NCBI GenBank assembly: GCA_951406725.2 | Contig: OX597815.1 | Span: 103,912,001-103,976,000 of the forward strand | Direction: 5' to 3' | Origin: Octopus vulgaris | Lineage: Eukaryota | Length of the DNA: 64,000 nt | In this document: positions 51,917 through 64,000 of the stretch, piece by piece | Numbering within the stretch: the stretch's first letter is position 1 | How the letters are laid out: each line of letters begins with the position of its first letter | Translations under genes and position numbers: made by a program | Notes under the pieces: model-generated | The model's database searches: none | Told to the model about the DNA's origin: nothing | What the model saw: the letters and a program-made list of their open reading frames with translations, nothing else

Positions 51917-52619
51917 AAATCTACCTGCTGTCATGTTTCTTAGACAGAATGTAGATAAATACCTGTGATTTCATAGGATTACCAAGTAATTGAACATCGC
52001 TATAAAATAGCTTATAATGTTTCAAATGAAATTCAGAGTCGTTCACATAGCCTTGAAATTTCCCCCTGAGGTACGAGGCATTTACATTCTTGGCATGCGC
52101 AAATAGAACATTTGATGATACCAACTTGATCATTCTTGTAGATGATGATTAAAAAGATAGAGCGAGAGCACTAGCTTGTGGTAGACCTTGCCATAGATTT
52201 CGTGTGAGATTCTTTTTGCTATTCAACATTGCAAAAAGTGTTTATTTCTCAATATAATGCTATTAAACTGTGGGAGATTGTGAGATTAATACAGTTTGTT
52301 AGCTTGTGTGTGTCTTTTTTTTATCCTTATCAATAAACGATGATTAACCATATTGTAAACCATAGTTAGAATTTTAAAAATAATAATAATTTTCTGCAAC
52401 TTTCCATTGTTCCTACAAATGAAACTTCTCTTTGCGAGTCTTCGTCAGAAACTTTTTTCTGAAATATCTCTCTTTTCACACTTTCAATTTATTCACTGTA
52501 TTTTTTATATTTATTTTTCCAAACCTGTAAACGTAAATAGCGGAGAAAATACTAGCATAATTTGGATTCAAAGCAGAAATATGAGACGAAATTAATCTTT
52601 TTCAATATTTGATCTTTTA

Positions 52620-53000
52620 CTTTATTCAATCATTGAAGAACGGCCATGCTGGGTTACGGCCTTGAAGGGAATGTGAATAAACACCGGCTGCCAAGCGATG
52701 GTGTGGGAGACAAACACAAACACAAATACACACACACAACCAGACATATGTATGCATGTATGTATGTATATGTATGTATGTATGTATGCATGCATGTATG
52801 CATGTATGTATGCATGTATGTATGCATGTATGTATGTATGTATGTATGTATGTATGTATGTATGTATGTATGTATGTATACAACGGGTCTCCACTGTTTC
52901 TGTCTACCAGATTCACTCATAAGGCTTTGAATGGCCTGGGGTTATGGTAGAAAACACTTGCCCCCAAGGCAGCGCAGTGGGGCTGAACACGAATCCACGT
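52620..53000 (-). mobile_element. decayed SINE (9280 family) with an expanded (TATG)n
   Basis: TTCAATCATTG..GGCCATGCTGGG tail; GGTAGAAAACACTTGCCCCCAAGGCAGCGCAGTGGG head. Confidence 0.7.
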
Positions 53001-53575
53001 GAATGCAAATCGAGCCTCTTCAACATTTTTATGCGTGAAGCGAACATACAGGAAAGTATTCAGTCGATCAGTTAATAACTTCTGACAATTCGTGGTCACA
53101 TTGATTTTACTATCTACTGACACTATTTAGACATATATCGGATTTACATAATGAAGAATTCCTTTCACTGAATGAGAATGCATTTATATTGACTTTTCAT
53201 TGGTAGAGATAAAATCACAATTACACATATTAAATTGATCTCTAATAATAAACTCTGATAAATATCCAATTGGTAATTAATTAGAAAGATATGTGTGTGC
53301 GTGCACGTATTTGCTTACTTTGTATATGTAAGTTTACGCATATGTCAAAAGAGAGGGAGAGAGAAGATGGGTAGCAATGCGTCAATAACTCTGCTAGGCT
53401 GCGTGTATGAACGGCGTATTTCAGTGTGTACGCATGTCACATTTCAAAATGTACACGTAGTTCCAGCGCCTCTAAGTCTATCAGCGTTATGGAAAATAAT
53501 AAAATACATACGCAAGGTAGCCAGAAAAATCACACACACGCTAGCACACACACACATACATATATACACACACAT

Positions 53576-53628
<53 letters not shown>

Positions 53629-53730
53629 TCAATATAGGGTGGCAAAAAAATTTTGTAGAATCTTATTGCCACAATCTTATTGCCTAGTGGGAAAAAAATT
53701 AAATAGTCATAAACCATTTTTAAGTTCAAC

Positions 53731-53932
<202 letters not shown>

Positions 53933-53980
53933 ACATATATATATATACATATATATATATGTGTGTGTATATATATACAC

Positions 53981-54013
<33 letters not shown>

Positions 54014-54048
54014 CACACAGAAAGACCGGACAGATAGAGAAGATAGGG

Positions 54049-54124
<76 letters not shown>

Positions 54125-54625
54125 CATTATATATATTACAAGTGTATGTATGTATATACGTTTATGTATGTATGTATGTATGTATGTGTATGTAAATATT
54201 ATTTCGCTTGGGATTAACGCTACTAATAACCTTAATATGGATATACTTGAGAATAATGTTTCAGTCGAGTACAGAGAAGTAATATGAAGTTAAAATGTCA
54301 AAGGAAATTAAATTGTAATGAACTTCATTAGCTAACGGCTGTTTCTGCTATACGATGCAATACACTCATAGTTGAATGTTTGCGTATCTCATTAGAGTTT
54401 AATGAAGCTATACCAACCAAATCTCATTGCTAACGATGTACAGAAGTCTCATGATCTGGCTGTTCCGGCGCCATACCAGGAGATTCTTTTCTGCTAACGA
54501 TAAATTTGTACTTTTATGCACCATGCCTCTATATAGGAGGATCTGCAGTATTCGGTATTCTAACCAAACATTCACGTTAAGTTACCTATGGGTGTGTGTT
54601 TAGAGGTGTGTGTGTGTGCATGTAC

Positions 54626-54671
<46 letters not shown>

Positions 54672-54675
<4 letters not shown>

Positions 54676-55010
54676 TCATCGTCATCATCATCGTCGTTTA
54701 ACGTCCGTTTTCCGCGCTAGCACGGGTTGGACGGTTCGACCGGGTTTTGAGAAGCCAGGGGCTGCACCAGGCTCCAGTCTGATCTGGCAGAGTTTCTACA
54801 GCTGGATGTCCTTCCTAACGCCAACCACTCCGCGAGTGTAGTGGGTGCTTTTTACGTGTCACCTGCACAGGTGCCAGGAGGGTCCGGCATCGGCCACGAT
54901 CGGTTGGAGCTTTTAACGTGCCACCGGCACGGAAGCCAGCCAAGGCGGCGCTCGCAACGGCCACGTTTGGATGGCGCTTTTTATGTGCCACCGGCACAGA
55001 AGCCAGTCGG
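54672..55010 (-). mobile_element. SINE-like repeat with an (ATG)n tail and internal subrepeats
   Basis: CATCATCGTCGTTTAACGTCCG...GCTGGATGTCCTTCCTAACGCCAACC followed by three TTTT-ACGTGCCACCGGCAC-like units. Confidence 0.65.
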
Positions 55011-55098
55011 GTATATATATATATATAATATATGTATGCATATATACATATATATGTATAGATAGATACATACATACATACATACATACATACATACA

Positions 55099-55156
<58 letters not shown>

Positions 55157-55410
55157 CATACAAACATATATATCATTTGCATTTTATCTAGTTTCAGCTC
55201 ATGAGCTGTGGTCATGCTGGGGCACCGCCATTTATATAATATTTATATAATATATATAATATATATATATAATATATGTATGCATATATACATACTATAT
55301 ACATACATATACATATATATATGTAGGCTATTTTTAGAAATCAATCCGAAAGACATATGCTAACATAAACACACAAACGCATTAGTGTGGGAATTAATTT
55401 TTGGTAATTT

Positions 55411-55503
55411 TTGCCCTGATGAGACTTTCACCTTTTAAATGCATAATGCAATCTTGATTGCAAAATATGAATGAAGGTAAGAAATTGAAACATACGTAAG
55501 CGA
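55411..55503 (+). ncRNA. degenerate hammerhead-like motif with a long stem II
   Basis: UUGCC-CUGAUGA-GACUUUCACCUU...AAGGUAAGAAAUU-GAAA-C(AUAC)GUA-AGCGA; canonical core but imperfect stems. Confidence 0.45.
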
Positions 55504-55557
55504 TATGAAACTGACTATTACAAAAATAAGATTACTTTTTCTGTGTTCAAACTCACC

Positions 55558-55601
<44 letters not shown>

Positions 55602-55769
55602 TGTTTATTTCCTCGTGTTCCTTTCTGTTGAAGAGCGTCGGCTTGAAACTTAAAATACTTTCTCATCTTACTGAGCGTGAAATTAATACACCTGCTTGTT
55701 ATTTATGCACTCCACTTCGTCTTTTGTTTTTCTGCAAATTTCAACTACATGTAAGTATGTGTGTGTATG

Positions 55770-55985
55770 TGTGTGTCTTTGTGTCTGTGTTTGTACCCCA
55801 CCACTGCTTAACCAGTGTTAGTGCGTTTACGTCCCCGTAATTAACGGTTCAGAAAACGAACCTATAGAATAAATATCAGACTTTAAATAAAAATAAGTCC
55901 TGAGGCCGATTTGTTCGGCTAAAATCCCACCAAGGCAGTGCCGCAGCATGGTCACAGTAGAAACAAGTAGAAGATAAAAGATAAA
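55770..55985 (+). mobile_element. SINE 3' half
   Basis: GTTTACGTCCCCGTAATTAACGG...TAGAATAAATATCAG...AAGGCAGTGCCGCAGCATGGTCACAG. Confidence 0.65.
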
Positions 55986-56899
55986 AGATGATTTATATAT
56001 GTATATGTATATGTGTGTGTATGTGTGTGTGCGCGCGCTCATATTCATGAGTGAGTGTGTATGTTTTGGTTGTGTGACACTGTGTTTGTGTACGTGAGTA
56101 CTTGTTGCTGCATACAAACGTACTCACGGGGAAACTGATATAATAACGAATCGGTTGTTTTGTGGGGGAAGCATTGCTGCATAATATATAAATATAGATG
56201 ACATATATCGCTCAAATATTCACGTTGCTTGGTGTAGAAAAGAAATATTCAGCCGTTGTAAAATGGTAAATTTAAGACAATAATTAAGTAACCTTTGCTA
56301 CAACCACAGCAACCAAGACTATAATGACCACCATTACCCGACCACTACCACAACCATCACCACCACCATCATCATCATCATCATCATCATCACTTCCACT
56401 ACCATGGCTACTACAATCGTCATCATCATCATCAACACCACCAACACTACCACCACAACCATCACTACCCTATTCATCATCATCACCACCACTATCATTG
56501 TGCTGTATAGTTTTGGGAATGTAGAATTGTGCTTGTTTACTATATCAGCTTTGCATTGTTGTGTATAATATGTTCAGCCTTTCTTCATGTTTTATTGTTG
56601 GTCGGTGTTTGTGGTGTAATGCATGTGTAATTATGACTTTTTTCTGTTGGACGGGGATCATGTAGATTTTATAATAGCTGGGGTGTGTAATATTTATGAG
56701 CGGTGGCTGTGTACAATGGAAGTGTTTTGCGTTGTTGGTATTACACTGTCGGGTATTGGTAATGTAAAAGTACGCATTGCGTTATTTGACTGGGTTATTT
56801 GCTAGATATTTGATTTGTGTGGATATTTAACAAGGAATATGTTGCATTCATTGAGTGTGCAGCTTGTTACACTCTCACTGCATGCAACACATTTGTGAT

Positions 56900-57230
56900 A
56901 TTGATAAAATTTCTTTGCGCAAGATTCGCTTTGTGCCTGGCAGGGTTCAGTTGTTTTTGGGGTTTTTTCAATTATATTTTGTATATATCGTTCATATTTT
57001 TTACATGGTGCTTTTAATTTCGTAACCTATATTTTGTGCATTTCAGTCTCAATACGCTTGTACTTCGATAGTTTCTTCACTTTGTTTCGGATATTTTGGC
57101 CAGCAAGAATCGAAGTAACTATCAGCGTGCAAACTTTTCTTATTTAATTTGGGTAGTCTGTCTCCATGTTCATTTCCTTTTTATTTTCCGCAGGCATGGC
57201 CAGGATGATTGTAGGCAAAAACTTGTAATA
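56900..57230 (-). mobile_element. highly decayed R4/NeSL-type restriction-like endonuclease remnant
   Basis: Minus strand IVTSILAGQNIRNKVKKLSKYKRIETEMHKI resembles the (I)DV.IP...NI..KE.EKL.KYK.LE.E motif. Confidence 0.5.
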
Positions 57231-58264
57231 TTCCGTATTTGGTTCGCGTTCATATCACTTATTAATATTCGTTTTCGCTTGAAAACTATTGCCTACTTGA
57301 CGAAGTTGCTGACTAGATCATATACATTCTGATTCAGTAGATACTGGGCAGCAAAATGTGATGTGGTCAGCAGCTTCATCGTACTAAGTACATACTCTGA
57401 TTTAATGCTAGCACATTTTTTTAGTTATATTTTTGTGGATATTTGTGGGTAAGTACAGCTAACGCTATATTTCTATTTCAGATTTTAGCCGAGATCGTAA
57501 AAACGAATGTTGATTTTTCACTCTTGTTTACTTCCATGTTATTTGCAATGATTACTAACCGCTCTTGCTGCTCGGCAAGTCCTTGTTACGGGTAACCTAT
57601 AGAACTAAACTGACGTGATCTAATATACATACATTGATATAAATGCAGGATGTGAGAGACGAATATCAATACAAATATTAAAAATAAAATCTAGCAGCCC
57701 CCCACTGGTCAAATAAATTCTAGTTATAACCATTCCGTGTATTTAGAGGTGTGCATGACCACATTGTCTGATGTATCCTTCTCATTTTAAGTAAGTAGAG
57801 TGTAAAATGTTAAAGGTCTGGTTGATACTTCAAGCCAGTCGAATAACCACGTAGAGACTCCCACTTTGGCTCACTTCATAGCTGCAGAAATTTATGGTAA
57901 CATATAATCTTGTTTCAATGACTGTAGATTCTGAAATAATATTCTCTCTCTTTTACCAGTATCCGTGCGCAAAAAATTGATATTAGCTGTGAAATTGTCT
58001 ACAAAATTGGCAACATGCATTTTTTCGTATGGTCCTTGAGAAAAAAAATTGAAACTTTATTTTTTTAAATAGCAAATATATTATTTTATTGTCATGTTCA
58101 GGGAATTAACTTTTTATTGGAGTGAATACGTTCAGTATTTTTAGTATCATTTATTCTCCTAGCAATATTTTACATTATTTAGCATGTCAACCTCTTCTGC
58201 AGCACCATAGTTCATAAAAAGATAATTTCAAACTAACATATTGGATATAGTATCGTATATATAA

Positions 58265-58317
<53 letters not shown>

Positions 58318-59916
58318 CATACATACATACATACATACATACATACATACATACATACATACATACACATGTGTGTATCTTACATGCATATATTTTCGCA
58401 TTTATAAATTCATATGTGTGCACAAGCGTGTTCGTGTATTTGTGTGAGTATATGACTGAGTACGTGTGTTTAATGTGAACATAATATAAAATGTAATTTA
58501 ACTATAAATGCGTGTGAATGAAATTTGAAAATGTTGGAAACAGATTCAGAACATCGGAGGTGTAATAATAAAAAACATAAAATGAAAGCCATATTGAAAG
58601 TATCAAGAGGAAAGATGAACATAGAAACAAAACAAAATCACAGAATATAAAAAGAAAAGGAACATGTAAGGAATATGTTAGAAGGTATATTAGAATAGAA
58701 AAAAATCGAGAAGCTAAAACTAAAACTGAACAACGCCAGGATAGCTAAATCTCGACAAGAATTAAAAATTGAACAATCCTTGCACGAATATTATCTCACT
58801 GCTATGGGCACCAAACACGAGATATTATCTTCTTTGTTTATTCGCACTTTCCTTTCTCGTATAAAAGAGAACTTTTTCTAGGGTCTAAAATCGTCGAAAG
58901 ATTTCCTGCTGGCAAACAAACAATAAAAACTATGGTGTTTTAAATGTTTTGTTTTGTTTGATTTTATGAGTAAGTTGTTCAAGCTTCACGACAACCCCAG
59001 TATGTGTAACTGGAATTTTTATTTTTAAAAATTACTATTTTTTTTAATTACTATTTTCCTTTAAGAGATATTTTGAGAAACAATACCTAAATTATTCTGT
59101 AGTCTTTTTTTTATATAATTATTGTTATGTCATTTGGATTTTCATACGAAACAAATACAAACAAAATATCAGCTAACGGTATTGTTCTATTAATATATCA
59201 CACTGTGCTATTCAATATATTGTCCAGAAATATGAAAGTATTAACTCTCATCTGTTCTACCATTATATACAATTATATATCTATTTCTCACGGCATCTCC
59301 TTTACGAAATATAGATCATGTATTTTTTTCTGTATCACCACAGTATTAGTGAGTCATCTAACAAAAGACCAGGCAAGGTTCTATATCCTAAATTGCTATA
59401 CAATTATGTCTTTAATATTTTCTGATTCATAATTTGGAGAATTTTTTTTAAATTGAAAACATATACCAGTACAGAAGCATTATCTCATGATAGCACTTTA
59501 CTATAGCGCCCCTGCCATGCCGTGTTATAGTTCCCTTACCACCTCTACAATTCTCTATGATTCAGTATAACCGTACATTATATATGATGAAATATATTAA
59601 TATTAGTTACGAATACATGTTCCCTAATGTCCTTATAACCCATAGCGTAGTTTTTCTCAAACGGACATACCGAAAAGTAAAATTATTTGAGAAATTTGGA
59701 ACATACACCTTCCTCTTTTTTAACACGAAGTAAAATTCTCCTTTCTTTGTTTCACAAATTTAAGATATAACCATCCGTCTTTTTTAACGTGTATGTAGGA
59801 AATTTGAAAGATATTTGGCTGTTATTTCTACTAGATACGACAACTATATAGAAATCCCTTGACAAAACAGTCCAGCAACCACAGTCGTAGAAGCAGCCAT
59901 AGCAGCGGCGGTGGTG

Positions 59917-59982
<66 letters not shown>

Positions 59983-62900
59983 AAACGGTCTCCCAGGAGG
60001 GGCCGTCCTCCCTTTTTCGGCCATTATATGTAAGAATTCCATAGTTCAATGTTAGGTGATTTGGTCGTCTGTCTCTCCCTTCTATTGAAATTCCACCGAT
60101 GTTGTTTTCCGCTTCGATTTGTCATCCCACTGAAATCAATAGATTGTTGCTGTTTTTTTAGCAGATAGAACAGCTACGTAATGGTAATCTCATTGTCTCC
60201 TCAATAACAATATTCCCATTGAAGGGATATGTGAATCATAATCATAAACACAGAAACTGGGTTCGTTTTGAGAAAAAAAGTGAGAAAATTAGAAGCCAAA
60301 ATTAACACTTAAATGAAAACAAAATGCAAATTAGACTAGAAAACGGCTATATTAAAAGAGAAACGGGCAAAAACAAGAAACAAATAGTCAAGTAAGGTGT
60401 GAAAACACGGTAGGTGGTGAGGGTTAATAAAAAAAATCTAAAGTATAGGAGTGGTTCATGATATTTCATATCGAACTATAAAATTGAAATAAAAGTGAGT
60501 GTAATAAAAATTCAATACCAAAATAGCAGACAAATAACTCTACTAGCAGTTGACTATCAAATTAACGTGTTTAACTAATTTCTATAGTATGCTACTTTAA
60601 CGTTTCGACATAGAAAGAGAAAAAATTATTATCTGGCTTATTTTGGTGATGCGCGTGTGATTATTTCGTGATACTTCCTTAAATCATTAGAACACTCCTT
60701 CTTTATTCATTAATTTCATCCAGCGCTCAATTCACGCTTTTTTTATCATCATCATCATCCTCATCATCATCATCATCATCATCATCATAATCATCATCGC
60801 CAACACCACTACCATCGCCACTGCTACTTCCACTATCATCGTTACTATCTACTATATTCTATATCATAGTGTTGTTGCTTAGTTTTGGAGAAATAATTCA
60901 ATGGAAATAGGAAAAGAAAAGAGAAATAATACAATTTTTCCAGCTCAATTAATTTGTCATGAAATGTTATTTCCAAGAAATGTTATAAAAATGCTTCATA
61001 AAGAAAATTGAAAATGATGCAGCAAGTTAAAGGGGAATATGGTAAGTGCTTCATTATTATGACAGTCTTTGATAAAACTAATATCTGTACGTGCTGCCAT
61101 ATTTACCGATCATAGTTCTGTGAAAAGGATAGTTCAGCATTGAAACAGTGAAAGCTGGTTTTATACGCACGCTTGACCTTTTAGGCCAGCTGCAAATGGT
61201 AGCCGAATCTACCACAATTCACACCCTACAGTCTTAAACGATGAGAAGCACATAGAAAATGCTAATCTACAAATTCATAACAGAGATGTTGAGCTGAAGT
61301 AACGTTGATCAGAGACCTTTTCAATCAGAATTTACCTAGGATTAAGTGACAATTTCAGCATTCCGAATATTGTACATTTTCAACGGTAGAATAAGTAATG
61401 CCAAACATCATTTTATTATTATATGTTAGTCAGATGGAAAAGAAACAGTACCAGTCTTCATATTTTAGTACTCATAGGTTGGATGAGATAAAGTTCATGT
61501 CCCCCTCCATGTCTGCAGGATAAATGCTGGCGCCCTTGAAAAGAAAGAGTAAACAAAGTGGAGTTAAATGCAATAAGGGTGCCACGGACAGATAGAGTAA
61601 CGAGAGGATAAATTAATGTTGGTATGCAAGATCCTGTTTCAGAGGATATTTTGGCCACGATAGATTAGATTAAGCAGAATAAAAGAACAGCATGTATGTA
61701 GGCCACACGCTGTAGTGTTGGGGTTAGGAAATGTTTCTCAAGCAGATGGGCTGCCTACATTTGGATGGACACGATTTATTACACACTGCTTTGAATTCAA
61801 AACATGTTAGTCGTCACTTTTAGCATATTAGTCCTTCCACTGTTGATAAAATACAAACTTGCTAAAAACCAATACTTCAATTAAATACTGAAACAATTAC
61901 GGTTCCAAAATGATGTGCGGGTTATTGTGGCTGTTTATGAATTCTGTTTCTTTCTGGCGCATGTGACTCCAATGTGACTCATTCTCTTTTAATTGAGTAT
62001 TCAGGTTAGCAATCTGGCATCAGGGAAATATTTTTTCGGTTACATGAATTTATAATTTCAAAGAAAGTAGTGTAATTCCTAACGAAACTTTTAGTTCTTT
62101 TCATAGAGTAAGTGTGTGATCAAATGGTTGCGAGCTGCAAGTTATGATGTAACCAATGGTATTAAAACAGCGTTATTAAGAATGTAATATCTGATAATTT
62201 TTAAGTGATCTCATGATCTGCTCTCAAATAAAATATTCCCGCTTTCAAATGATGAAAGATTTAAGAGGTGAAACTATTTCTAAAGTGACAAGTGGTTAAA
62301 TGTTCTTGTGTACTATTGAGATTATTGCGTTAACTAACTTTATATTAAAGACTGGACAGCTATATAATCTCGCAAACAACGTTACTGATAAAGTCATAAA
62401 TTTCATATTGAAACATTAAGTTATCAAAGTATTTGAAGCCAATACGAAACTATATATTTTAATATATAGATTTATACTTTAATAAATTGAATTATATTTT
62501 CTCTATGTACTGATTTGATTTTCTCCGAATGAAAATGCAACGTATTTTCAAAATCTAAAATTAATTATAAATTATATGCCTGAAACTGAATGCAGAGTTC
62601 CGAAAATTAGTATTTTCAATGTCTAACTCTTCTCTATTTTTATCTTCTATTTAACTTCGTGTCATTGTTCATCATTAAACGTTTCTTTGCCAATTAATCA
62701 ATTAGATATGATGTCATTTCATATTGTAGACTTATTGAAAACAAATTCACAAAATTCTACTGTCCTTGTATTTTCACCCTAAGATATATTCACATTTATG
62801 TAAGATATCGAACACAATGAGGTTTTTGTTTTCGGTCGTAGATATTTCATTTTGTTTCAGCACCTAATTTCCTTGGAAAATACATGAATTCCGCATATAT

Positions 62901-63094
62901 CTCTTGAAGAATACGACCAATAATAAAATATTGTCATGATGCCCAGTTAGAAAGGCAATAATATTCAAATAATGTTTTCTAAATAGTTGTTAATCTGGCC
63001 GTTTAGTTTCATCCCACTTGTTGCTACTCAGTCTTTTACTTTTTTCTGGATATAAGGATGCCTACATTATCTAGTTTGTACTTTCTAACCTTAA

Positions 63095-63290
63095 ATGCTA
63101 CGTTAAAGAAGATCCCATAAAATTCAAATGATCACTGGACAAATTTCTTCAAAATATCCTGGATCAACTTCCTACACTCGGATATGTCTCCAGCAATAAT
63201 AACTCTTTGCTAGAGTGGGCCATGGTGCCCCATATGTGATATGGCCTGGGCCTATACTGGCCGAAACCTATCAAAGTTATCAAAGTTTAG
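63095..63290 (+). mobile_element. 3' end of a CR1/L2-group LINE
   Basis: LDKFLQNILDQLPTLGYVSSNNNSLLEW, then GGTGCCCC..ATGGCC..GGCCGAAAC and a tandem ATCAAAGTT tail. Confidence 0.7.
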
Positions 63291-63764
63291 AGAGACAGAG
63301 AGACAGAGAGAGAAAATTAAATTTTTTAATGGTAGTTATAGTTGTATGAATGATATAAGTAGCAGGATGGACCATACTGACAATAATCATAATAGTATGC
63401 ATAGTATGAAGAACGCCACTAAGCAAAAAGAACAGACAGTAAGAAAAGTCAAAGATAAGACATTTGTGCAATTAGAACATAACAATAGAGTACCTAGCAA
63501 CAAAAAAAGTGTACAATTTACTTAACTGTGTGCCAAATAAAGTACAAAGTGGCTTAGATATGAATGAACCTACTAAGCGGTCCCATTCAGATAGGGTAGG
63601 TAAAACAATACATAATCCCTATAAATATTAATATACAAATAATTGACAAATATGTCAAGTATAATAGCAAACAAACCCAATGCCGTAAAAAACAGATAAA
63701 TAGATACACACTTTTAGAAAAAGCTTAGGTAGAAATGGAAATATATACCTCAGTAACATGGATA

Positions 63765-63975
63765 CCTCTAGCTATATCGGATGATATATAATTCCCTTCG
63801 GAAAATAAGTAGTTTCCAACATACCAAAATTACTTTATTCGGCATTAACTAAACATTTTCCAAAAGACAGTTAATGCTATTGAAGTTTTATTAAACATAC
63901 CATTGCATTAGCTTTCTGTAGTAGTAAAATATCTAGCACAAATTCTAGCAGCACGCAATGGAAAATTTAACAGTT
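63765..63975 (+). mobile_element. decayed fragment of a third PLE family (post-RT linker region)
   Basis: YIIPFGK*VVSNIPKLLYSALTKHFPKDS*CY*SFIKHTIALAFCS..LAQILAARN resembles the PLE motif WFNPPFS..V.TNI....L+.KHFP.....IFN..T+K+SYS...N+..II.AHN. Confidence 0.55.
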
Positions 63976-64000
63976 TCCATATGAACAATAACAATAATAG

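Noticed and set aside
51343-51968. Long ORFs of YI/CV/HT/MYVC repeats here and throughout the track
   Set aside because: Translations of (TA)n, (CA)n, (TATG)n and (GATA)n microsatellites, which lack stop codons in several frames; no coding signal.
54845-55000. CRISPR-like repeat-spacer pattern (three TTTT.ACGTGCCACCGGCAC units)
   Set aside because: Degenerate internal subrepeats of a eukaryotic interspersed repeat; no cas genes; the spacers resemble each other.
56324-56524. Ser/Pro-rich ORF (also the poly-S/G ORF at 59859-60044)
   Set aside because: Compound (CAC/CAT/TAG)n microsatellites.
63245-63270. Hammerhead-like GGCC..GGCC-GAAAC
   Set aside because: No CUGANGA-type core; better explained as the LINE 3'-terminal stem-loop.

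Overview
AT-rich, microsatellite-saturated animal genomic DNA. The SINE families resemble those of octopods, so it is probably Octopus (inference). The only host-gene signal is a 54-nt + strand exon at 2991-3044 (DGSPSSAWSAWWRYEGISG), typical of the N-terminus of a carbonic anhydrase-related protein (CARP/CA10-like). I found no further exon, so the rest is probably a very large intron full of repeats. The centrepiece is an intact, very young Penelope-like retroelement (PLE, Neptune-type RT + Cys linker + C-terminal GIY-YIG) on the - strand at 16891-22027, inserted at a (TA)n array, with near-identical ~900-bp tandem pseudo-LTRs. Unlike the usual single-ORF endonuclease-bearing PLE, it has a 411-aa coiled-coil/basic ORF1. 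Its RT-EN ORF2 has no ATG ahead of the conserved N-terminal motif and overlaps ORF1 in the -1 frame across an in-frame U_UUU_UUA slippery heptamer, which suggests gag-pol-like programmed frameshifting. Each pseudo-LTR carries a minimal hammerhead ribozyme with a compensated U3-A8 core and a palindromic stem III. Several unrelated hammerhead-like PLE remnants sit in or beside other microsatellites. The window also holds decayed CR1-like and R4-like LINEs, two mariners, a Tigger/pogo with a nested SINE, a non-autonomous Helitron, many tRNA-derived SINEs and several fold-back palindromes. Most short ORFs in the supplied track are microsatellite artefacts.
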